From assembly GCF_000981445.1 (NCBI RefSeq), contig NC_027216.1, positions 186,001 to 250,000 of the forward strand: a stretch of DNA of 64,000 nt, in the 5' to 3' direction. This DNA comes from Babesia bigemina (lineage: Eukaryota). Shown piece after piece: positions 10,831 to 24,721 of this stretch. Below the pieces are notes generated by a model. It had not been told where the DNA came from, made no database searches, and saw only the letters and a list, made by a program, of their open reading frames with translations. Numbering within the stretch: position 1 is the stretch's first letter; every line of letters begins with the position of its first letter. The translations under genes were made by a program, and so were the position numbers.

Positions 10831-12561
10831 ATGCCTTCCTGCACGAGGATACGGCAGCTCCTGCCAAGGCTGAGGCTGCTGGGAAGGAACGTATCGCTCC
10901 AGCCAGCAGCCAGCGGTAAACCGGCCACCAATGCCTCAAAGGAGCTAAAGCGGCTACTGTACAAGGCACTAGAGGAGAATGCGCTCGCAGATGAAACGCT
11001 GGTGCAGGCAGCCGACTGTCTGTATGAGCTCAAGGGCTGCAACACAACTGCGGGAGCCCACATTTGCAAGGCCGTCGAACAACGGCCGCACATATACACA
11101 AGGCCTCTATCAGGTGGCGTTCTGTGGTCGTTTCATGCGGCTGGAGGGCGTAGCACTAAACGGAAGAGGGTTGTCAAGTCCTCGTGCGTCGCCGCTATCG
11201 AAGCGTTCATGAACGAACTCTTCGCGATACAAAATGATTCCAGGAACGCATCCCACCTCACATCGACCTTGAGTAATCTGGCTATCGTAGGGCAGTGCTT
11301 CAGTCTGCCGGTGTCGACACGAGCTCGTCTGGAGCAGGCCATATTAGATGCGCGGGACAGTTTGGTGCCCATACTCGAGCGGTCCAATGCCGTGGTGGCG
11401 TACATCGAAGTTCTATACAGGTTCAGGATACGATCTGATCCCATCGCAGAAGATGCACTCAATGCGTTCGTTGCTGTGGCCTCATACCACGAGATCATAA
11501 GCACCAGCGCGCTTGCCAAGACCATTAAGATACTGCAGGCTTGGAGAATCGGGCCGTTGGGCGCCAACAGGAGCGCCCTAGACATGTTAACGCACAAATT
11601 GAATAAGGTGCCGGTGTTGCTCGGTAAAAATCCAAACGCGCTGGTGAAGTTGTACCTGGCCTCAACCAGGGTTGCGCCCGCAACGTGCGACATTCGTGAA
11701 AGCGACAGGGTACCATCAGACAACGGTGGAGCTTCGAACGACAATGAATCTGAAGCTACAATCTGTGTTCAAAACGCCACCGAGTCTGACAACCACACGG
11801 GTTTAAATGGCAGTGCACTGTCGGGAGCTGTCAAAGGTGCACCAACTGATGAATGTCATAAGGACCTGGAAACGGAACAAACCGCAGCAGACAAACTGCA
11901 TACATCGCAATACAACCATTCAACTACCAACCAGTCATCTGTCGAGAATGCGATCTCTACGGATGGCCGACCGACCCAAAGTGCCTCTTTCGATGCCGTA
12001 GCCACTTCCGGTGTTCAATGTCTATCTGCCCTGCTCCTCCGGCACTGCTGCAACCTAGTGACGCGCTGCAACGCCAGATTACTGGTAGTGTTGTACAATG
12101 CCATGTGCCACCACATACTGCGGGATGTACCGATTATGAAATACGATGCTGGGCATCCCTCTACCGCGGATGAACGATCGGTATCGGACAAGGGGGCTAA
12201 TTCTGCCGCCAACGCTCCTTCGAAACACCGAGCTGATTCAATAATGAGTACCGGATCGCATTTGCTTATGGATATAGTGACGGGGTTCTCACTGTCTGAT
12301 TTTGCAACATGCGTCCATACCATTAGCGTCGAGGTTCGAGACGCCCTAGCTTTGGACGCTTCAGCAAAGCATGGAGCTGGACAGCCGCCACTGACCCTGT
12401 ATGACGAGAAAGATCTCACTACCATACGCCGTGCAGCTTTAGTTGCAAGCCGTATTTGCAGCGGTGCACCGGACGAAGTGGCACGTTTGGCTGAAGAGTT
12501 GTTGCGAGACCGCTTTGGAGTCGCCTTTGTATCGGAATTACGTGATAAGCATCGAATCTGA
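10831..12561 (+). CDS. Hypothetical 576-aa protein, possible mitochondrial targeting peptide
   Basis: Long ORF. Arg/Leu-rich, acid-free N-terminus (MPSCTRIRQLLPRLRLLGRN). No recognisable domain. Confidence 0.6.
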   Translation: MPSCTRIRQLLPRLRLLGRNVSLQPAASGKPATNASKELKRLLYKALEENALADETLVQAADCLYELKGCNTTAGAHICKAVEQRPHIYTRPLSGGVLWSFHAAGGRSTKRKRVVKSSCVAAIEAFMNELFAIQNDSRNASHLTSTLSNLAIVGQCFSLPVSTRARLEQAILDARDSLVPILERSNAVVAYIEVLYRFRIRSDPIAEDALNAFVAVASYHEIISTSALAKTIKILQAWRIGPLGANRSALDMLTHKLNKVPVLLGKNPNALVKLYLASTRVAPATCDIRESDRVPSDNGGASNDNESEATICVQNATESDNHTGLNGSALSGAVKGAPTDECHKDLETEQTAADKLHTSQYNHSTTNQSSVENAISTDGRPTQSASFDAVATSGVQCLSALLLRHCCNLVTRCNARLLVVLYNAMCHHILRDVPIMKYDAGHPSTADERSVSDKGANSAANAPSKHRADSIMSTGSHLLMDIVTGFSLSDFATCVHTISVEVRDALALDASAKHGAGQPPLTLYDEKDLTTIRRAALVASRICSGAPDEVARLAEELLRDRFGVAFVSELRDKHRI

Positions 12562-13093
12562 CACCACACCTGGAAGTTTTTTGCGGAACCGGAAATGCCA
12601 CTAACGAAGTACAATTTCCCCGCCACCGCTGATCAGCAGGCAGGTATAAAATGGATGGCCAGCAAACACGTGACTATAACTACGGAGGCCGCCAAGTTGC
12701 ATCTAAATAGCTTATATAAAACAAAGGTAGTAATGTATTGTGATAAAATCAGTATACACCTCTAGAACTGTGTCAGTTGATATCGTCACCACGCAACGCA
12801 TTGATTATACAGAAAAAGCGCCGTCGATCGACAGCAGCGCAGCGGCACCTATTGAGAACAGCATGCGGCTGCCAAAATGCAACTTACAAATGAAATAGGA
12901 TATTCATTGATAATGTTGCACTAACTGCATTTGGTAATGCTCATTAACATACATAAGGAACGCTTGTGGTCAGGAGAATAGAAAGCTAAGTGCAGACTGG
13001 TTTCTTATAGAAACAGCCTGTAGAGTGATTGCAGTGGATTCGGTTGGCGTCGTGATTGCAGGAACCTTCTCACCTTCCATGGGTTGCCACGCC

Positions 13094-16000
13094 TCAGGCG
13101 AAGCCAAATCCCTTGGACATTGTCATGGCGTCCAACAGCTTCGCGCGGAGCACCTCTTTGCTCTCATACTCTGGGAGCTTGAGCAAGTTTATGCACGTGG
13201 ATGCGGTGGGCAGGTTGTCCGTGTTGCGGTCCCGCGTGATGCAGAACGGAGGCTGCAGCTGCCCGAAACCCATCAGTGGCCCGCGCTTGCAACACGTCAC
13301 GAACCACAGGAACATGCGTCGTTGATCATCGTCGAACTCGTCCTGCACGGCAATCACACGCAAAAAGTCGTGAACTCACCATTATTTCCCAGAACCAGAC
13401 AATCACCTCCGAGGTTTCCGTGTACCCCGCTGAGTAGGTGGTGTTCGCACGCATGTCGGCGAGGTTGATGGCCTCCGACGACCCCGACATGAGGTAGACC
13501 AGCTCGGAGTAGGAGAACATACGCAGCCAATCCAGCGGGATAACGCTGCTAATACCCTGCAAAAACGCAGATGACTGCTTTTCGATCATAGTGTTGCACT
13601 TGAAGTCCGCAAGCATGAAAAGGAACAGGTTAAGGTTTTCCTTGGTCACCACCATATCGCTTCCGCCCTTCATGATCTCCACCGGCGAGGAGTTTCCCAG
13701 GGACGAGATGGTTGTGGTGAACGTGAGTCCCATGCTTTCGATTTCTTGGCTTGTCATCTTGCGCATCCTCACAAGGTTCCTGTACAACTCAGGGTCAACG
13801 AAACGCAGGTCGTTCAGCGTGTTCCTCTTCTTGAGAATGAAGTTAAGCAACAGACGCGAGAGCACCGGTTCAATCAGGATGTGCTCGTACAACGCCTTGC
13901 CAATTACCTTGCCCACGAAATTGAAGACGCTCAGATGGCCTTCATGGAACATGGCGGAGTTCGGTGACGGCGCCATGGACCCGTCGAACTGAGATTCCTC
14001 GAAAATGCCGTACGCCGGGTTGAATATTATCGAACAGATGGACGTGAGGAACTCCTTAAACAGGCCCCCGCCATCGACGCCCTCCTCTCGAACCCCTGTT
14101 TCGTCAACGAAGATAACCCTAAAAATCTGCTTCAAAAGCGTGCTCCCCATTGTGCCCAGCGTCGACAGCCCGTCCTCCACGATGTGCGACCGGCGGATTA
14201 TGTACATCACCGATTCGCTAATGTTGACGTTGGCGCGGTTCATGGACTTGTCATAGGCCACGTAGGCCATGAACAGCTGCAGGCGTGTCTCGAACGTGAC
14301 TGTCTGGGGGATGCAGTGCACGAATTTCAAAATTGGAGCCTTGAACTGCTTTGTCCGCACCTTGTTGAGCACCAGGCGGTCCACCTCGGTAATTACCGAC
14401 GGGCTATGCGAGCCGTCACTCTGGCGAAGGAAACGCAGGTTGAAATTGTAGGCCAACTTGCCCCAGTATTCGGCCGTAAAGCTGCCGTGGCCTTTTGTAT
14501 GGTGAAACAAGGCGTTCACCTTAACCTCTATTCCGCAACTGCAGACCGAGTTCTCCGGAAAGTTTAGGCATCTTCCATAATTCCCCATTTCTTCAGTGAC
14601 GTGGCTGTAAGGCGTGTGGTACCACGAGGTGTGGTTCAGCGCTGCGACCAAGAACGCCACGTCGTCCGCGTCGAACAAGCCAGGTTCGTCGTCGTCACCA
14701 ACCAACTCCGTGTCGTTCATCACCAACATGCAATGCTCCAGCACGGTCGCGAATGCGCGCCACAGGCAGCACAAAGCGCCATCGTTGGACAGCTCCGGGG
14801 TGGCAATCATACCGAACTGGTTGAAGCTGCCGCCACAACAGTTGGCGTGGTGGCGCTTGAACTGCGTCAGCATGGTTTTCATAATTTCCCACGTAAACAG
14901 CAACTTGGTTGCCCGCTCCCAGACGGAGCGATACGAGTCGTGGTCAAAGTCATCGACTGGGGGATTTGCAATGGAATCAGCTGCTCTAGCAGCGTTAGCG
15001 ATGGCAACTGCGTCCGGATCGGTCACGAAATAATCCCACTTCACGACTGGCACCAGCAACAACGTGATAGCCATGACGATGTACGTATCCTTCCGATAAG
15101 TGTGGAGTAAGTGGGCGAACACTTCCGTGCTGTCAAATTTCCACAAACCGGCCGCTTCTAGTTCGGGCACTGGGAGCAGCTGAGCGCAGAACAACGTAAC
15201 GGAGAGAATAGACGCGATGGTATCCTTATCGTGGTACCCATGCTTCCGATCGCTCAGTAACTTCAACAGGTTGCACAGATTAGTGAATATGCTATGACCG
15301 GCAAAGCCATTTGTGAAGGTTGGGTTTTGTGAAGAGTCTGTATGCGCTAGCAGAGACGGGCCAGCAGAATGTGGTGATCCCAAACGGACGTAGGGGAACG
15401 GCTCCACATTCTCCGGTACGCCGGAATCTCGGGCATACTGCGAGTTGACAGATTTTTCAATTCGCTCCATTAGGGAGCTGTCATGAGTACCCGAATCCAA
15501 TTTAACCTTCCGAATCAACATCATAAGGTCAGACGCGCCCAGAAACGACTCCACTTGCATCCGCAGATTTTGCTCAAATGCCTTGCACTTGTCGTGGTGC
15601 AGGGACACCGCCTTGCGTGATTTTGTTCCAGCCATCCGAGTCAAATTCCTCACGATAGTCGTCACCCTGTCAGGCGAACCCGTCCCCACGGGTACTGTAT
15701 TACGCGTGTTGGAAGTCGCTCCGTAGGGCTGATCATCCTTCACCTGGCATCCAATGAAGCAAAGACCCTGCAGAAAAGCCGAGTTGAAGGTAGCGTTAAA
15801 CGCGCACCTCAATAATTTGACATCGTAATTCGTTTTTACAAGGTTGGGTACAACCCAAACATTGACGAACATCCTTAATGCGGATTCCTTGGTGGTGCAG
15901 AGATCGCGCAACGGGGTAGCGATCTCGAGCAGCGCAAGCAACGCATGACTGTCGTACTCCAGGTTAGCCAGTGCGCGGCCTACCATTGCAGGGTACCACT

Positions 16001-17090
16001 CAGTGGCAATTCCAAACTCATCGTTGAGCTCCTGCGCCTGGCTGCGCGAAACCAACCTGAACAAAGCCGATACGAAGTGCACAATTTCCGCCTCGTCGAA
16101 TGACAGCCTAGCTGTAACCACTTCCATATCGTCAATAGAGTTGTTTAGCGTCAAATTCAGGTCGAAATCGTCCTCTTCAGCCTTGTAAGTCCACGTGCGG
16201 GAATCCACGCCGGAACGGAAAGAGCCGTGGGAGAACAACCCAGATGGTTTCCCCAATGTTCCGTAGGCGTATCCCGTGGTTCCTGACCTTCCTAGACTAG
16301 CTAAGCCGAAACCTTGCGCATATGGAGGCCCGCGTTGCGTTGCAATTGCACCCTGGCCGGTGCCGAATGAAGTGTATGCGGTACCGTAGGCGGCGGAATT
16401 CGCAGGGGACGCATGGGCGCCCGAGTTAGCCAGATTTCGCTTTTTGCTGCGAAACAGAATCCTGAAAAAGTTCAAGAACAGCCTCACCAACTGAGCGAGC
16501 TGGGCTCGGTCGGAGATCATGGCCCGAGTGGCATCATCATGCTGATCGCTGAAATACCATCGCCGGAAGTGGGCCAGGCACAGACGCACATAGTGCGAAT
16601 AGTCGTTCCGCCAGTCAACACGAGCCAAAGCCGCCACCGCGCGCATCAACTGGCATACCGGGTGGTAGGTCACCGAGTCGGCGGTTGCGCAGCCTGGCTG
16701 CGGCACACCTCCGGATTCGCCGTGCAACTCCAACGAGATCCCGGCACCTCCGCCAAAATTTGCTCCGTCGCCCCAAACGAATTGCCCATTGTCGCAAAGT
16801 TTTGATTGGCGATCATTCCAATAGTTTGCCGGAGGTAACGATATCTTGTCTACATACTCGGTTGACCGAGCTAACAGTTGCGGCAACAACTCGCGCCAGC
16901 GCAGCACCGCGCGCTTTACATCCACCACATGGCGGAGAAATGGTACAATGGTTCGACACGCGCGATCTTGCTCTTGCTGGAGCCTGAGGAACCCTGGCTG
17001 GCTACGGCCTAATGTGTTGGTTCGCCCGAACGCGGAGGCGCCCGAAAGGCTAACCACGCGTTTCGGTGCGATAGAGCCGTCGAAATACAT
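13094..17090 (-). CDS. HECT-domain E3 ubiquitin ligase (UBE3B/C-like)
   Basis: EEGVDGGGLFKEF, FVGKVIGKA, WFWE, FLWFVT, LPTASTCINLLKLP (catalytic Cys), GFGFA terminus. N-terminus MYFDGS..KRVVSLSGAS is typical of the UBE3C group. Intron 13343-13379. Confidence 0.93.
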
Positions 17091-17813
17091 GGGTAAGAGT
17101 GACGGATTCACCTTCTTATGTCATGGCCTTCGGCTCGACGAGACGATGAACGTCGCTCACAGCTGCAATTGCCAATGAAAGCGGCAGACAACCTTCCCTT
17201 ACACATTCAAGTGGGTGTTTACACAATCGAAAGAGTACAGTATGATAAGCCTATACTACGGAGTAGTGGCTAAGATTCGCAATAATTGGACTGTGTCCAC
17301 CGACAGCTTGGGGTGTGCTGACGCGTGGTGGCACGGCTACGCTCGTCTAGGACGCGTGTCACCTATTTTCCACGCCATATAGCATTCAGATATGCGGGGT
17401 TTGAGACGTGGTTACGCGCGTAGGTGATGGAATCTCGCGGCATCGCCAACATTGTCGTCCGGTTTTGCCCTGCTGCTTGATGACGTCGTATCGAAATTAA
17501 GGATGTCTGAAGCTGTAGTGCGGAGTTAGCTACTGCAGCGACACCGAAACACTGTGATTACAACACCTAGTTGGCTGTATTGCAGCACAATGACGCCCTA
17601 ACGGCACCCCTGCCATTGGTCACAACGGCAGCGCACAAAATTGAAAACAAAGCAACTACAATACTCCTACATTAAAGCTACTTAAATGGTACATTAGCGG
17701 CGCTATAGAGGTTGCTTTAACGCCAAACATCCCGCTGAATCAGCAGCAGTAGTGCACGGCAACTGCCGTTTTCACGAAATAACGGCAGGGCCACGCCATG
17801 GTCGTCTAATCCC

Positions 17814-20800
17814 TCATTTCTGCGCGGCTGTAGCTGCGTCTCCGCTTGCCATGCGCTCCTTCACGAGTCGCGCGACAGACTCCCGAGTGGTCCGCTTAGG
17901 TTTCCGCAGATAGGTCTTGCGTATGAAGCTTCCAAACCGTGGTTCGGTGGGGGAGAACCGCTCCAGCGTCATAAGGTCTTTGTCGTTAAAGATTGAGTCG
18001 GGCAGCTCGTTGGCAGTCACGGAGCCGTGCAACCTGATGACGTCCATGGACGGCAGGCTCAGTAGCATCTGCTCCACGAAGGCTTGTAGGCAGTGCGAGC
18101 TAAAGCGGTTGCCCTCCAGTTCCACCACCTCAAGACGTGAGTCTTCATCCGGAACTCTGATGTTCTCCAGCAGCTTCACCACCGAATCCAGGAAGCGGTC
18201 GCCCAGGGAGCAGTAGTTGAAGCACAACTTGACAGCGTTGGCGCGTACACATGCGCTGACAAAGAGGTCGGCGGAGAGGTCGCAGTCGCCGAGAGGATTG
18301 TAGCTCACATTGTAGACTGCAACAGTTAGGGGTGGGAGAATCCCGTTAAATACAGTGCGCTCCGCTTTGCGCAAATCCAGGCGGTTGAACGAGAAGTCCA
18401 GACGGTCCAGCTTCAGGTCTCCATACAGCAATTCCGGGTAGTCCATATTCTCGGCCGTCAGTTTCTTGTTGGAGAAGTCCAATACGCGCAGACAAGACAT
18501 CGAGTTGATGCCACGGAAAAAGGACGCCCACAACGTGCGGTCGTAGGGCAGATCGTACAACACCAGGTGCGAAGCGTCTGGACGCCTGCAGAACGAGAGG
18601 ATGTGGCGCGACAACGAGACCTTAGGGTGCTTCCGCACGTACCGCACGTAGTACACGCCCGACATGTGCCGGTTCAGCAGCTCGAACCAGCGGCGTGTGG
18701 ACGCATCGGTGTAGGCACGGACCAAAATACGCCGATCCTCTTTCCTGTTAATGTCGTCATTCGTGTTGTCATCAATATCCAGATTAAATTCGCATTTGCG
18801 CCACAGAGTAACCCCCTTGGGGGTGTTGAGCTTCAGCTGGAGCCACCGCAGGTTGTTCATCAGGACGATGTCACACCCAGCCAGGAAGTACATGGAGGGT
18901 CGTGTCTGGGAATTAGAGCGCCGCGCATTGTTGGCCGCGTTGCTATCTGGCTCTCTGATGATCAGATACGGCGGCCGGAATTCGAAGAAGCAGTAGTCGT
19001 TGCCGAAGGTGTAGCTCACGCTACGAGGCTTGCACAGACCACAAAACCGGAACTTCGTGCCCGTCTGCATGACATTAGCAGCTGCAGTGGCTCAAACATA
19101 CCGATTTCGCAGCGAGCAGCTTGCCGGAGAATAGAATGCCGAGTTTGTTAATCTGGTCAAGGTTGTGGCAGTCCATGAAGACCTCGACGTCCGTCTCCGG
19201 GTACGCCATGTGCTGATCAACCGTTCCTATCTTTACGCGCTTGAGCGGATAGGTCTTCAAAAAGTGATGCGTCGTCTCCGAAGTGGTCACTTCACGGGCG
19301 TCCAGAGTCAACCTGTCCCTGATACTCATGGCCTCGTTCGTGCGCCGAAGCATAGGGACAATACAGTCGTCGAGCGCGCACCCGCGCAAACTCAGATGTC
19401 GCAGGTGCGAGTTCGTGAATGCCGCAGCTAGGGCTTCAATGCCCTGCGCGGATATCGGGTTGCCGTCCAGGAAAACCCGCCGCACGTGTGCCTTCTTCAG
19501 GAAGCTCACAAACTGGGTTCCGCATTCGCGCAGTTCCAGCGAGTTGTGAGAGAGTTCCAGGGTGTCGATATCGTAGTTCCAGATCGAGAGGAGTTGAGGC
19601 AGATCAGCGTCGCTCAGGCTGCGATTGGCGAGGATGAGCCGGCGGATCGGAAGCCGCACGTAGCTCTTGACGATTTGCCGCTCCAGCTCCGCATCAAACA
19701 TAAAGTACGAGAAATCGATCTCTCGGCAGTTCGGGTACAATATGAAGTACAAATTGCTGTTGTAGACTCGCATCTGGCGCTGGTTCTCAAGCAGATAGAG
19801 GAACGAGGTGACTTTCGGCCTGAGCAAGAATTAACACTATAAAACACGCAACACACCGTGTAGACAGTGCGACAAACCACCGCATCATGTCGTATTGGCT
19901 TGAACTCAATGTCAGGAAGAGCCCCTCGTCGTCTTCCGACGGCCGCCTGCTCTTCGCCCGGTATAGCCGCGTGTTGATCCTGGTCGCATAAGTGCCCGAC
20001 TTGGTGGCCGTCACGGGCGTGCACGTGAACGAGTCGTCGACGCGAATGACGATGATCGGCTTGCTCTCGAAGAGGTCGGCGGAAGTCACCGTCACCTCAC
20101 GCAGGGGATACATCGAGAGGGTGTCGCCGATCAATTCGCAGTAGAGGTCGTCGCTGTCGTTCGGCAGCAGGTCCGAGCGGTTTTCGTCTTCGACCGTCAG
20201 GACTCCGTATATCTCGACGAGGTTCTTGTGGAGGTCGAGGATCCACGACTGCTCCACCTCCCGATCGTTGACGGGCAAGAACATGCTCTCGCTGATGCTG
20301 CGGTAGCTCGAGACCGAAATGCTGGAGTAGGTGTACACGCTGGTGTCCCTGCCATCGTCTTTGCGGCCTGTGGTTGAAGCCGCGTCCTCCAGGGCCTCCG
20401 GGATGGCGGAGGAGGTCACATCTAACGTCTGCAGGATGCGGTGGAGCGTCTGCATCATCACGTTGCTGCCGTACATTTCCGACGGCGTGTCCGACGATTT
20501 GCTGCCTGACCTGTGCCACAGGTAGAGCCGCTCCTTGTTCAGCCGTTTACAGATGAGGTGCTTGAGCGTCTTGAGCACGCTGACTTCGCAATCGCTCCGC
20601 TTGCGCAACACGAGGTACTTCGCCATGAGCTCCGCCAGGCTCATGTCGCTGTCGTAATAGACGTCGCTGTCCCTTTCCTGCGCGTACAAACCGGCACGCA
20701 GGCCCGGTTCTTCGCTATGGGCAGTATCCACCTCATCTGCTGACGAGCGCAACGTGTCCGAAGTGTAGAAGGCCAGGTCATCTGAGAGGTCCTGGCGATT

Positions 20801-22093
20801 GGAGCGCACGGTGATAATCGGCGAGGCGCTGCTCTGGATGCCCTCCACCCGATACTCCTCAGGGCAGTTCCATAGTGCCTGCTTGTACGCATGCGGGTCA
20901 ACCACAGTGCCCGTCAGCGCTACTAGCCCGTCGCGATTGAAATCCCCTCCGCCCTTGCCGCCCCTCATGTCGGTCAAGTCATTCAGCAAGGACGCCGGGT
21001 CGACCTGGTCGCCATTGCGCGGTCGCAGGCGGGCGTTCACGTTCCGCAGCAGGGACATGTCCAACGAGTCCAGCAGCGGTGTTACCACCTTCGTGCCCTC
21101 CATCAGCTTCGACACATCCTTTTCGGAGGCGTCCTCCAGGTTGTAGGCGTCACCGACCACTGTTTCCTGCCGGTACGTCAGCAGGTGTTCCACGTCATCG
21201 TCCGAAGTGGGCGGGTCAGCATCGTCATTGGCGTCACGGGGCGCTGACGTGGTGAGCCGCGCCAGGCGCCTGTTTTTGGCTCCGGTCACGTAGGGGTCGC
21301 CGCAGGAAGCATCGATGTCCATATAGTCATCAGCAGGTCCGCGAGCGGAGCCATGAAAGCCCTGCACGTTGGGCGCATGGCGCAAACCCAGCGCATGCGC
21401 GCACGGTACACTCACGTTCACAGCCTGCTGGGAGGAGTCGGCTGCCTCACCAAGCTTGCACTGGCGAGCGCATTGCTCGCATTCGTTACGGACGAGCGGG
21501 AGGCGCTTAAGGTTGGTCACCATGTCATCCAGCAAGCGGTCGACATCGGGAGCAGGGGCGTACGGATCCTGGGCCCCGCCGGGCAGTATTTCATCCCCAT
21601 CATCTCCATGAGAGCGTTGAAGCCTACTGCGGGAACGGCTACCGCCTGCGGAACGCCGGTGATTCCCGGCTCCGTCCAGCGCATCAACATCTTCTTCCAC
21701 TCCTACCGAATCTCCTTCCAAATTTGAGGTCTGCATAGTTTTCTCGTCCGCTTCAGCATCACCTGTAATCGGGCGAATAGGCCCCCTGGCACCGCGGCGG
21801 TTGCCATTGGCTGCGGAGAGCTCCGAGGCGACCAACTTCTGGCACACCCTGGTTGACGCCCGGGAAAATCTCAGCCGCTCGCCCGTAGACACGATATCTA
21901 CGTGTGATCCCCGCAATCGCGCATGCTTGGAAGTGACGCGGAGCGAAGTTGAAGGGTCGTTGTTCAGGATGAGTTGGGAGTGTGTATCGCCCTCGATGAA
22001 ATCGCAGCATGCCCGAATAAGTCCTGAGGGGTCGATTGGCGTCCACAGGGGCGTGTATTCGATGCCGCGCGTCGATCCTGACCGCTTCTTCAT
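17814..22093 (-). CDS. PH-like and leucine-rich-repeat protein (PH-LRR-PH-LRR), 3 exons
   Basis: ORFs 19787-22105, 19075-19827 and 17814-19070 join through introns 19820-19856 and 19065-19101. LRRs: LELSHNSL, VFLDGNPI, LDFSFNRL, VSYNPLG, VELEGNRF. PH-type terminal Trp helices MMRWFVAL and TRRWFELL. Confidence 0.7.
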
Positions 22094-22609
22094 TGTTATT
22101 TTCAACCCTCAAGGCGGGGAAAGTCAAACATCCACGGATTCGGCAAGAGTCTACACCTCCCGAATGTGCGAACGGCTTAATCCGTTTCGTCGCATTTTCG
22201 TAGCGAAAATGCACACAATACCTTTTACTTGACGCGATATTAGCTAAATGTGCAACAGAATGCAACTTTTTTATCGCGCGAACAGGAAGGTAACGACATC
22301 TGAGACACCATGCGACGCTACCGATGTGCGGGCGCAGGTCGCGTTATAGGCACGCCGGAACCGCTTTGCAACACGCTAAAGCCAAGCATAATGTACTTAA
22401 CACGCTGTCAATAATGCAATGTGTTGAACTGGTGACGCTGAACGCGGTGCACATCGACGACTGCGCTCAGGGTGGCTATGCCAAAACGTGCCACGCCTGG
22501 CACCTATCCGCCAGTTTACCCCACGAACACGGCATCCTCGTGCTTATACGCACGTATCAGCGTTTCTGTTGATGACTTGCATTGTTCGGGTCACGCTCAC
22601 TCAAATGAG

Positions 22610-24009
22610 TCAAGCGTCCGTGGACGCAAACGTGTGGGCATCTACCGTCTGGTAGACCGTGGCGTCCTTCTCCAGCTCCGCCAAAACCTTTCGCACGTGT
22701 TGCTCAGATATGGCTGCAGGATATTGTCACAGCAGGGAACGCATAACCTACATTGGAAGTTGCGCTGCTGTTTGCACAGCCGGGTTATCTCTCCTACATG
22801 CAGACCGTTCAGGTTGCCATTGCGCGTTTCCGCAGCCAGAAGGTGCGCGATATACTTCATCAACGTGAGAGGGCCCTGGCAGTCCTGGGAAAAATCAGTG
22901 CTATGTAAACGGGGGACCAACCGGAGTGTTGGCTCCAGCGGTGCCGGGAGTCGACACCGACCCCCCACCCGGCGTCATGGTGGAAGGCATCGCTGGTGAA
23001 GAGTTCGATGTCACTCCTGGAGAGAATGCGGAATTCACGCTGGAGTCAGAACCGGGAGCGCCGTTGTTGTGCATATTAATGGCGGCAGACGTTGGCATGG
23101 TCGGCATGCCGCTATCCACCGGGTCACCCATAAGTTCGACCGGCTTGGGAGCGTAGTCTTGCAGCACGTAGCCCACGTCCACTGTCTGAAGTGGTGTGCC
23201 ATCGCGCTCGTTGCGCAGGATCATGTGCATCACGTCCAGCTCATGCAACGCGAACTCGTCCGGAGCGCAGACCTCGCGGATCTTGAAAATGATCAGCGCG
23301 GGGCACTTCACACTGTAGATGGGATTGTAAGTGCCGTACACTACCACCATCTTCTGCGACTGCAGCACCCTGTCGAGCTCCCGCTGCCGGAACGAGGTCA
23401 TGTCGCTGGGGTGGACGTAGATGCACGGCACGCGGCCAGTGCCGTCGTCGAGAACGATCATCGTGTTCTCCTCCGTGCTCTTGTATTTCTCTATGCGACC
23501 CAAAATCTTTACGATGTCTGGTATCTTGTTGAAAAATTGAATGTAGGAGGTCTCGCCCTTCCACGCAGACACTATCATGCCGATCTTGGCGGGCATCATG
23601 GCCTGCTTGGTCGGCGCTACCTTGTCCGCATTCAGCGCCAGGTTATCATGCGGTGGTAGCGCATCGTCCTCGATGAAGCCTCCCGCCGTGATGTCCTCAA
23701 CTGCAGCGAGATGTAGTCGGCACAGAATCGGAGATTGCATGAAGGAAGTTCAACAGCTCACGACCAAGATAGCGCCAGAGGCGCCTACGAGATGACCCAG
23801 TACGCCCACATATGCGCATAGTCAACACAGATACAATGCAATCGCAGACACTAGCGACACCAATGTCGAAATGGAATGCCGCCGACACACAGCAGACAAC
23901 AACGATGCGGTCACAAAAGACAAATTAACGCAGATGACTCACGCTGCTGGATCTCGTCCAAGTTCCAGTTGGCGCCAAAGGCGTCCTGATCGTTGAAACC
24001 GCCAAACAT
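22610..24009 (-). CDS. RPA2: Replication protein A 32 kDa subunit-like (OB fold + C-terminal winged helix), multi-exon
   Basis: Gly/Phe N-terminus MFGGFNDQDAFG, GGFI motif, OB-fold LDDGTGRV..VVVYG..HELDVMH, and C-terminal LAELEKDATVYQTVDAHTF with stop at 22610. Confidence 0.8.
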
Positions 24010-24721
24010 CCTGGAAAGTAGCGCGCCGAGCGGATGGCAGCCGCCGCGTTAATGCGATAAATAAATTATGATCCGATGATGCCTAGCCACAGGCAATAGC
24101 CATTGTGTGTAAAAATTTGTATCGCCTAAGTACAACCGTGTTTTGGCGTTATCTTCGGCGCTATAACTTCGGCACCCAAGCACGCCGAGGCGCGTACTAT
24201 TGGAACAACCTTGCTAGACGGTATCCCGTTCAAATACATATTTCACGCATATTTCGCGTACACATGTTTTGAAGTGTGTTTCTATGTCGTAGCGGGTCTG
24301 TATTGGATCAGTGTGCTTACTCCGACGGTGTTGGTAACGTTGCGGCAAGTGGCGACCATAACTACGTGAGTCGTCTCCCAGGCAGCTCTTCAGTGTGGGA
24401 GGTTAATTGTATACCGTGCCTGACATTAAAAGGAAGTTATTGCTGTATGCTATGTGTATACCGAACGGCTAATGCATAGTAGTTCGTGAGCGGCTGTCTG
24501 GTATTCTAACAGATCACAATTCGTTATAAGTCGGCCATATCGTCCCGTCAGCTCCAGACGGAAGTGTTAGAAAGCTCAAACAGTGTTGTAAACATCTAAT
24601 AATCTGTGCTAAAACTGCTAGCTTGGATAATTTTGCAGCAGCGCACGAGTTACAATCATCACATCGTTTGCCGTGCGCTAATGAGGGCCATAAGGCACTG
24701 TATACCTATTAACTCTGAATT

